Position numbers and translations under genes: made by a program. Shown piece after piece: positions 24,998 to 32,000 of a DNA stretch of 32,000 nt; position 1 is the first letter of the stretch, and the number at the start of each line of letters is the position of its first letter. Source of the DNA: Candidatus Electronema halotolerans (GTDB lineage Bacteria > Desulfobacterota > Desulfobulbia > Desulfobulbales > Desulfobulbaceae); contig OW818675.1 in NCBI GenBank assembly GCA_942493095.1, positions 1,650,001-1,682,000 on the forward strand, read 5' to 3'. Below the pieces are notes generated by a model that was given only the letters and a program-made list of their open reading frames with translations, did no database searches and was not told where the DNA came from.

Positions 24998-26374
24998 ATG
25001 GATGCAATGATGAAAAAACATGCCGCCAAGGTGTTGATTGTCGATGACGAGCCGACGCATCGCTGCATGCTGCGCTCGATCCTCGGAAACTGGGGGTGGG
25101 AGGCGGTGGAGGCGGATGACGGTCTGACTGCGGTGGAAGCCGTGCGCAGCGGCCCGTTTGACTTGGTATTGATGGATGTCTGCATGACCAATATGGACGG
25201 CACTGAGGCCCTGCGCAAAATCCGGGCCATCAATCCGGCCATTCCCGTGGTGATGCTGACCGCCAACTCTTTTGTCGAAACAGCGGTCGAGGCCATCAAG
25301 CTGGGCGCGCACGACTATCTGACCAAGCCGGTGGATGTGGAGCGGCTCCGCAAGACAGCGGAAATCGCCATGAGCCACCGGCAGCAGCCGGATGAGCCGG
25401 AATTGCTTGGGGCGCAGCCTTTTGACGAGAACGGCAAAATCATCGGCGCATCGCCGCCCATGCAGGATCTCTGGGAAATGATTCAGCAGGTGGCGCCGAC
25501 TGAGGCCACTGTGCTGATCAGCGGCGAGTCAGGCACAGGCAAGGAGCTGGCCGCTTCAGCCGTCCATTACAACAGTCTGCGCCGCAAAGGGCCGTTTGTC
25601 AAGGTGAACTGCGCCGCCTTGGCGGAAAATCTCTTGGAATCCGAACTGTTCGGACACGAAAAAGGAGCCTTTACCGGGGCGGACCGGCGGCGGGAGGGCT
25701 GTTTTGTCCAAGCCCAGCGCGGCACCTTGTTCCTTGATGAAATTGGCGAGACCACGCCGGCCATGCAGGTCAAGCTGCTGCGGGTGCTGCAAGAGCATGA
25801 ACTGCTCCGGGTGGGCGGCCATGAGGTGATCAAGACGGATGTCCGGGTCATCACGGCCACCAACCGGAATTTGGAAGCAGAGGTTGAGGCGGGCCGTTTC
25901 CGTGAAGACCTGTACTATCGGCTTAATGTGGTCACTTTGGACATGCCGCCCTTGCGGGAGCGGATCGGCGATATTCCCCTGCTGACCGATTTTTTTCTCC
26001 AGCGCTGCAGCCGGAGAAACAGACGGGAGGTGCAGGGCATCACCCCGGAGTGCATGGATGTGCTCAACCGCTATCCGTGGCCGGGCAATGTCCGGGAGCT
26101 GGAAAATGCGATTGAGCGGAGCGTGATTCTCAGCAAGGGCGAATATTTGAATGTTGACAGCCTGCCGCTCGCCATTCAGCGCTGGTTAGACACTGGCAGT
26201 CAGCCGCACTCGGTGCAGCCGGGAACCCTCCAAGAGGCGGAGCGGCAGGTGATTGTCAAGACCCTTGAAGAAACCGGCGGCAACAAGAGCCGGGCTGCTG
26301 AACGTCTCCAAATCACACGTAAAACCTTGTTGAGCAAAATCAAGAAATACGGAATAGACAACAGTTCGAGCTGA
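24998..26374 (+). CDS. Sigma-54-dependent response regulator (NtrC family: REC, AAA+, Fis-type HTH)
   Basis: VLIVDDEPTHRCMLRSIL...LVLMDVCMTNMDG; VLISGESGTGKELAASAVHYNS; ESELFGHEKGAFTGA; C-terminal LEETGGNKSRAAERLQITRKTLLSKIKKYGI. Confidence 0.96.
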   Translation: MDAMMKKHAAKVLIVDDEPTHRCMLRSILGNWGWEAVEADDGLTAVEAVRSGPFDLVLMDVCMTNMDGTEALRKIRAINPAIPVVMLTANSFVETAVEAIKLGAHDYLTKPVDVERLRKTAEIAMSHRQQPDEPELLGAQPFDENGKIIGASPPMQDLWEMIQQVAPTEATVLISGESGTGKELAASAVHYNSLRRKGPFVKVNCAALAENLLESELFGHEKGAFTGADRRREGCFVQAQRGTLFLDEIGETTPAMQVKLLRVLQEHELLRVGGHEVIKTDVRVITATNRNLEAEVEAGRFREDLYYRLNVVTLDMPPLRERIGDIPLLTDFFLQRCSRRNRREVQGITPECMDVLNRYPWPGNVRELENAIERSVILSKGEYLNVDSLPLAIQRWLDTGSQPHSVQPGTLQEAERQVIVKTLEETGGNKSRAAERLQITRKTLLSKIKKYGIDNSSS

Positions 26375-26530
26375 ACTTTCCTGCAAATCCATGTCAGGCG
26401 GCAGGCAGTTGACGGCCTGCTTTATCTGTGGTAAAGACTTGAGCTTTCAGGCAGAAGGCGGCCCGGCCTCCTTCGCCAACACATTTGCGCAACGTTTGCC
26501 GGATGATCCGGCACAGGAGACAAATCAGCC

Positions 26531-27841
26531 ATGCGAACTAATATAGTCCATTCCGGGGCTGGCGAACTCACCTACGAGATTCGCAACATCGTCAGCGTCG
26601 GCGAGCAGCTCCAAGAGCTGGGCGTGACCGTGAACTGGGAGAACATCGGTGATCCCATTGCCAAAGGCGAGCAGATTCCCGGCTGGATGAAGGACATCGT
26701 CGCTGAGGCGGCCCAGGACAATGCCAGCTACGGCTACTCGCCCACCAGAGGCGCGCTTTCCGCCCGGCAGTTCATTGCCGCTCAAACCAATGCCCTTGGC
26801 GGGGCGCAGATCACGCCGAACGACATTCTCTTCTTCAACGGCCTTGGCGATGCCATTTCCAAGGTTTTCGGCCTGCTCCGGCCCACTGCCAGGGTGATTG
26901 TGCCCACGCCCAGCTATTCGACCCATTCCTCAGCTGAGGCGGCCCATGCAGGCGACCGGCCCCTGACCTACATCCTTGATCCGAACTGGAACTGGTACCC
27001 GGATTTGGACGATCTTGAATGCCATGTCAAATTCAATCCAGCCATTGCCGGCATCTTGGTCATCAACCCGGACAACCCGACCGGCGCGGTCTATCCTGAG
27101 CATATCCTGCGGGGCATTGTTGACATTGCTGACCGCTACGACCTCTTTCTTGTCTGCGACGAGGTCTATCAGAACATGGTTTATAATGGCACCAAGGCCG
27201 TGCCCTTGGCCACAGTGATCGGCAAGCGGGTGCCTGCAATCTGCATGAGGGGCGTATCCAAAGAAATGCCGTGGCCGGGCGGACGCTGCGGCTGGATTGA
27301 AGTCTATAACGGCCATCATGACTGCATGTTTGAAAAATATGTCAATTCGCTGCTCAACGCCAAGATGATGGAGGTCTGCTCCACCACCCTGCCGCAGCTC
27401 GTCCTGCCCAAGGTGCTGACCCACCCGGAATATCCGAAGTATCTCAACGAGCGCATCCGCCGCTATGAGAAATATTCCAACATTGCCTACGACATGCTCA
27501 AAGGACTCAAGGGGGTGCTGGTCAACCGCACCAACGGCGCCTTTTACATGAGCGTGGTCTTTGAGCACGGCCTGCTCAATCATAAACAGAGCCTGCCGAT
27601 TGCCAAGGACGAGGTGCGGATGACCGTGGAAAAGATGGTCAGCGGCCCGAATGTGGAACCGGACAAGCGTTTTGTTTATTATCTGCTCGGCTCAACCGGC
27701 ATCTGCGTGGTGCCGCTCTCCTCCTTTGCCACAGCTTTGCAAGGCTTCCGCATCACCCTGCTGGAGCGCGACGAGGAGACCTTCACCCGCATTTTCCGCA
27801 CCATTGCCGAGTCCATCCGGCAGTATGTCACCTCAGCCTGA
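26531..27841 (+). CDS. Pyridoxal-phosphate-dependent class I/II aminotransferase
   Basis: GILVINPDNPTGAVYPEHILRGIVDIADRYDLFLVCDEVYQNMVYNG; GVSKEMPWPGGRCGWIE (PLP Lys). Confidence 0.94.
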   Translation: MRTNIVHSGAGELTYEIRNIVSVGEQLQELGVTVNWENIGDPIAKGEQIPGWMKDIVAEAAQDNASYGYSPTRGALSARQFIAAQTNALGGAQITPNDILFFNGLGDAISKVFGLLRPTARVIVPTPSYSTHSSAEAAHAGDRPLTYILDPNWNWYPDLDDLECHVKFNPAIAGILVINPDNPTGAVYPEHILRGIVDIADRYDLFLVCDEVYQNMVYNGTKAVPLATVIGKRVPAICMRGVSKEMPWPGGRCGWIEVYNGHHDCMFEKYVNSLLNAKMMEVCSTTLPQLVLPKVLTHPEYPKYLNERIRRYEKYSNIAYDMLKGLKGVLVNRTNGAFYMSVVFEHGLLNHKQSLPIAKDEVRMTVEKMVSGPNVEPDKRFVYYLLGSTGICVVPLSSFATALQGFRITLLERDEETFTRIFRTIAESIRQYVTSA

Positions 27842-27856
27842 AACTGGAGACACGCA

Positions 27857-28315
27857 ATGCTGACCGCAAAAGACCTGATGAGCAGCAACGTCATTGCCGT
27901 GAGTTTGGATACCCCGGTGCGCGAGCTGGCCCGCATTCTTGCTGACAACCGAATCAGCGGCGCACCGGTGACAGACGGCGCAGGCGCGCTGGTCGGTGTG
28001 GTCACGGAAAGCGACCTGATTTTTCAGAACAAGAAGCTGCACCTGCCCACTGCCTTCCCCATTCTTGATGCCTTCATCTTCCTTGAAGACCCGGACAAGA
28101 TGGAGCGGGAGATGCAAAAAATGGTCGGCACCACAGTGGCTGACATCTGCACCAGAAAGCCGGTCACAGTGCGGGAGGACACGCCGCTGGAGGAAGTGGC
28201 GACCCTGATGGCGGAAAAAAAAGTGCATACCCTGCCGGTGCTGGACAAGGCCGGGCAGCTTGTCGGCGTGCTCGGCAAGTCGGACTTGATCCGCATGATT
28301 GCTGAGGGAAGATAA
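27857..28315 (+). CDS. Tandem CBS domain protein
   Basis: MLTAKDLMSSNVIAVSLDTPVRELARILADNRISGAPVTDGAGALVGVVTESDLI and DICTRKPVTVREDTPLEEVATLMAEKKVHTLPVLDKAGQLVGVLGKSDLIRMI. Confidence 0.94.
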   Translation: MLTAKDLMSSNVIAVSLDTPVRELARILADNRISGAPVTDGAGALVGVVTESDLIFQNKKLHLPTAFPILDAFIFLEDPDKMEREMQKMVGTTVADICTRKPVTVREDTPLEEVATLMAEKKVHTLPVLDKAGQLVGVLGKSDLIRMIAEGR

Positions 28316-28446
28316 GATGCTTGCCCAAGCTGCTCGGCATGGCAGCTGCAGAAGTCATCATCCACAAAGGATGACGGCTCAGGACGCATCTGCCTGGACA
28401 CACCCGACTGACTTTCTCTGATTCATCGGCGGCAGTCCCAATTTAA

Positions 28447-28464
28447 GCGGCCTCCTGTGGCCGC
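28447..28464. terminator. Perfect 6-bp GC hairpin between convergent genes
   Basis: GCGGCC-TCCTGT-GGCCGC; lacks a clear T-tract. Confidence 0.25.
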
Positions 28465-28648
28465 CCTTGGTATTTCCCGTCATGTCAGCGCGTCGCACGG
28501 GCAAGCACGGGGCCTGCCCCTGCGTCGGGCGGCAGAAAGAACGTTCAAATTATACTGCTCCGGCTATATTGCTCAGTAATTCCCCCCTCCAACCAGTTCC
28601 CACGCTGTCTTCTGACCTCTGCATGATGCGGAATCGATCAGGAGCAGG

Positions 28649-30307
28649 TCATTTCTTGAAAGCAAGCTCCAGCTTGGCAAGAGAATGGGTCATCGGCAGC
28701 ACTGTCTCTCTGTTCGGATGCTCGGCAGTCTGTTTGCCGTAAATCTGGAAAGTTACTGACTGGTTATCCTGATCAGCCCGAATCAAGGCAAAGTTGCTGT
28801 CCGTGTAACGGAGCAGCCGTTCATACTCATAGCCGTCATCCGAAGTTCCGCTGTCAGGCATCAGGCCGCCAACCACCCAGCTCAAAGCTCTGGGGATATT
28901 GTAGGTGATGGCACTGGAAGTAAGCTGGTACATCACTGCGCCGCTCTGTTTGTCTCTCATGCGGAAGGCGGCGGCAGTATGGACATCACCGCTCAAGATG
29001 CAGACTCCAATGCCCCGGCGGGCGGCGGAAAAGAGAATTTCCAGCAGTTCCCTGCGCTCCTTGTCATGCAGGTCATGCTCCCACGCATCACGGAGATCAT
29101 CCTCCAGCTCGGCCCATTGGGCCAGCCACGTGTCATCCGCATTGACAAGAGCCGGTTTGAAATGCAGCAGCGGCACAGCAGTGGTCACAAAGAGGAGGCG
29201 GGTGTCAGTGCTGTCAAGGGCATCAATCCAGCTTTTGAAGCGGGCCATCTGCGGCTTGCCCAGAATCCGATGGCTGTCCCGGTTGATGTCTCGGCTGCCG
29301 CGCCCGTCCAGCACATAAAAGGCGGAACGGTCATGGCGGAAGCCGTAGTCATAGACTCCGGCATCGGTTGCGGGATTATGCGAATGCTGGTATTCCTCAT
29401 ACACAGCCTTGGCTGCGGCTTCCATGCGGGCCAGCAGGGTGCGGCAGTCGTTGTAATTCAGTCCTTTGCTTTGATAATCGCTGAAGATGCGCTTCATCTC
29501 ATCGCCCCTGCGATTGCTGCGGCCTCGGAGATAACGGGATCCCCAGCCGTCCTTGAGTTCATGGTCATCCCACATCATGTACATGGGGAAATTTGCAAAA
29601 ACTCGCCGGACTTGCGGAAAGCCCCAGTAGCCTCTGTAAATGTCACGATACCAGCTCCGCATGGCGGCTTGGTCAGGGAACAGTTTGCCATGGACCTTGC
29701 GCATATTTTTGTTGAGATAGGCCCAGATATTGAGGCTGTCCACGCCGTCAGCATAGACCTGATCGCCTCCGGCAATGACAAAACGCAGCTCCTGCTTTTC
29801 CTGATGCCGCCGCAGCATGGCATGGAGATATTCCCACATCTCAATGTTGACCACCTGCGCGGTTCCTGACAAGCCGAACAGTGATCCCTTATACGGATTA
29901 TGACAGGAATAAAAGGCAAAAGAGAAAGTGCTGTCCTGAACTGGCAGGGTTTGGAACTGACAGGCTTTGTCGTGCCCCAGAATCATCTTGGCCGGACTGG
30001 CATCCGCATCTGCCAGAGCATACTGATACACCGTGTCCGGCAGAAGTCCTTCCAGCTCCACCACTGCTGTGGTGTCTTTCTCTGCATCAACCACAAAATG
30101 CACAGCCAATTTTTCAGCGGAAAAAGGTTCAGTATTGTTCAATGGCCAGTAAAGCAGGGTAAAATTGCCTGTCCGGCCAGTTCGCAGCCAAAGGCGGCAG
30201 CTCGTCGCGGTGGTGTGGCCAACAATTGCAGCCACATCAAGATACGGATTGGGCCAAGGACGGTCATTCTTGCTCTCAAAATTATTGTTTGCAGATTGAT
30301 TTCCCAT
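28649..30307 (-). CDS. PhoD-like alkaline phosphatase / metallophosphatase
   Basis: FAFYSCHNPY, FVIAGGDQVYADG, MYMMWDDHELKDGWGSRY, VTTAVPLLHF, VCILSGDVHTAAAFRM. Confidence 0.9.
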   Translation of the reverse strand: MGNQSANNNFESKNDRPWPNPYLDVAAIVGHTTATSCRLWLRTGRTGNFTLLYWPLNNTEPFSAEKLAVHFVVDAEKDTTAVVELEGLLPDTVYQYALADADASPAKMILGHDKACQFQTLPVQDSTFSFAFYSCHNPYKGSLFGLSGTAQVVNIEMWEYLHAMLRRHQEKQELRFVIAGGDQVYADGVDSLNIWAYLNKNMRKVHGKLFPDQAAMRSWYRDIYRGYWGFPQVRRVFANFPMYMMWDDHELKDGWGSRYLRGRSNRRGDEMKRIFSDYQSKGLNYNDCRTLLARMEAAAKAVYEEYQHSHNPATDAGVYDYGFRHDRSAFYVLDGRGSRDINRDSHRILGKPQMARFKSWIDALDSTDTRLLFVTTAVPLLHFKPALVNADDTWLAQWAELEDDLRDAWEHDLHDKERRELLEILFSAARRGIGVCILSGDVHTAAAFRMRDKQSGAVMYQLTSSAITYNIPRALSWVVGGLMPDSGTSDDGYEYERLLRYTDSNFALIRADQDNQSVTFQIYGKQTAEHPNRETVLPMTHSLAKLELAFKK

Positions 30308-30922
30308 TTGCTTTTCCTCCTGTTTTTTGCTTAGTGCGGGCAGCAGTGCCTGCCGCTTCTTTATTCAGTGTACTGGAAGAATTGCGCAAGAAACAAGAAA
30401 AATAAGGAAAGGTGGTTGATAAAAGACAAATCGCAACAGCTGCATCTGTGCTCAATCTGTGACTTTTACCAACAACACAGCAATGTGCTCTCAAAAATCA
30501 GTGATCTGGACTTTTCGAGCGTTTGGCAGCCTGTGTTGCGGAAGGTATATCCAGCATGCTGTTCTCTTGCTCACTCCGGCGTGAATGCTGACATCAGAAC
30601 AGCATCTGCGGAATTCCGAGGTTCTTGCATAATTTTTTCGACAAGATTATACTCATGAGCGCGGAGCAGCCAAAGCGCGCCGCCCTGTAGTCAGTGTGTC
30701 CGGTGATTCTTCATACCTTGGCCCCATGCCCTGAACTTCTATTCCCTGATCTCTGCTCACGAGCCGCTGTTTCTGCGACATGTTCCTGAATTCACGTCGG
30801 TTCTGCACGACGTGGCCTGCCTGTCACTACCACAACTTTACGTTAACGAGCTGCTTTTCTTCTTCTCTGAAAACAGGTGTTTGGTCAATTAAGCCAGCAA
30901 AATAAGACAAATAATTTCGACA

Positions 30923-32000
30923 TGATCCGATCCCAACTGAAAAACCTTCTTGACCAATGTTTCCAGCAGGGCGTGGGCCAGGGCCTCTGGTCCGATGCCG
31001 CTGCTGGCCTGTACAATCTGGAAACGCCTCGCCACGAGGGCCAAGGCGACTTTGCCACCAACTTTGCCATGATTGTCGCGGGCAAAGAGCGGCGCAAGCC
31101 CCGCGACGTGGCGGAGCAGCTCGCCGCCATGCTCCGGCAGGATGCCGCTCTGCTTGAGAAAGTGGAAATCGCCGGGCCGGGCTTTGTCAATCTCTTCCTC
31201 AACCCGACGGTCTGGAGTTCAGTGCTCGCCCCGATAGCCGAGCAAGGCGGGCAGTTCGGTCTCTGCGATCTCGGCAAGGGCATGAAGGTGATGGTCGAGT
31301 TTGTCAGCGCGAACCCGACCGGCCCGCTCACGGTCGGGCATGGCCGCAACGCGGTGCTCGGCGACGCAGTAGCCCGCCTGCTCACGGCGGCTGGCTATGA
31401 TGTCACCCGTGAGTATTACTTCAACGATGCCGGACGGCAGATGCGTGTGCTCGGCCAGTCGCTCAAGGCCCGCTACTTGGAAAAGCTCGGCCTGCCGAAC
31501 GAGTTCCCGGAAGACGGCTATCAGGGCGGCTACATGCACGAAATCGCCCAAGGCATGATTGACGAGGCAGGCGACGGCTTCAAGGACGCAGACTTGGATG
31601 TCTTCCGCCAGCGGGCGCAGGATGCGATTTTTGCGGATATTGACGCGACCCTGAAGCGGATCGGCATCTGCTTTGATTCCTACTACAACGAACGCGATCT
31701 GTATGAAAAAGGTTTGATCGAAGACGTGGTGAACGCGCTGCGGGCCAAGGGACTGGTTTATGAGCAGGAGGGCGCGACCTGGTTCAAGACCACCGAGTTC
31801 GGCCAGGCGCAGGACCGGGTGATTATCAAAAACACTGGCGAGCCGACCTATCGCCTGCCAGATATCGCCTATCACCGGGAGAAGTTCCGGCGCGGCTTTG
31901 AGCGGATGATCAACGTTTTTGGCGCGGATCATATAGCCACGGTGCCGGACGTGCTGGCCGGAGTTGAGGCTCTTGGCTATGACAAGTCCAAGGTGGATGT
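30923..32000 (+). CDS. argS: Arginyl-tRNA synthetase, 5' part (runs off window end)
   Basis: Direct translation from ATG 30923: MIRSQLKNLLDQCFQQG...VMVEFVSANPTGPLTVGHGRNAVLGDAVARLLTAAGYDVTREYYFNDAGRQM...IIKNTGEPTYRLPDIAYHREKFRRGFERMINVFGADH. Open to 32000; absent from the supplied ORF list because there is no stop. Confidence 0.97.

Noticed and set aside
1-32000. DGR reverse transcriptase, template repeat, tRNA or rRNA genes
   Set aside because: Looked for RT motifs (YxDD), an AAY-rich copy of the VR, and tRNA-like cloverleaf or conserved rRNA sequence. None recognised by eye; a BLAST/tRNAscan run would be needed to exclude degenerate copies.

Overview
This 32 kb window looks like a high-GC deltaproteobacterial-type chromosome segment. 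Gene content and style suggest a Desulfobulbaceae or cable-bacterium-like genome, but that is inference only. The housekeeping core on the minus strand is mutY, prmC, prfA, rpmE, rho, coaE, rluD, carD and pth, plus two overlapping glycosyltransferases. On the plus strand are a signalling cluster (REC-GGDEF, a giant hybrid histidine kinase with three REC domains, CheR, a REC-less CheB, and an NtrC-type regulator), an aminotransferase and a CBS protein. A minus-strand PhoD-like phosphatase and a 5' partial argS follow. The most interesting content: (1) A translationally coupled two-gene unit at 3030-4942. It encodes a two-TM protein followed by a signal-peptide-bearing caspase-like (C14) protease. 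The protease ends in a DUF1566/C-type-lectin-like domain whose last ~45 codons look like a diversity-generating retroelement (DGR) variable region, with an A-free IMH-like end and downstream GC-rich hairpins. No reverse transcriptase or template repeat was recognised in the window. (2) An NB-ARC/TPR STAND protein (15742-17811) with a short Asn/Gly/Gln-rich N-terminus that could be an amyloid-signalling-type motif. (3) A 23-bp tandem array of GAGA-loop hairpins at 15566-15676. (4) An AT-rich 1.2 kb island splitting the prfA/prmC pair. It carries a 186-bp MITE-like inverted-repeat element, a 45-aa small ORF with an ideal Shine-Dalgarno and an abutting 18/19-bp hairpin, and a near-consensus sigma70 promoter. 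No CRISPR array, rRNA or tRNA was recognised.
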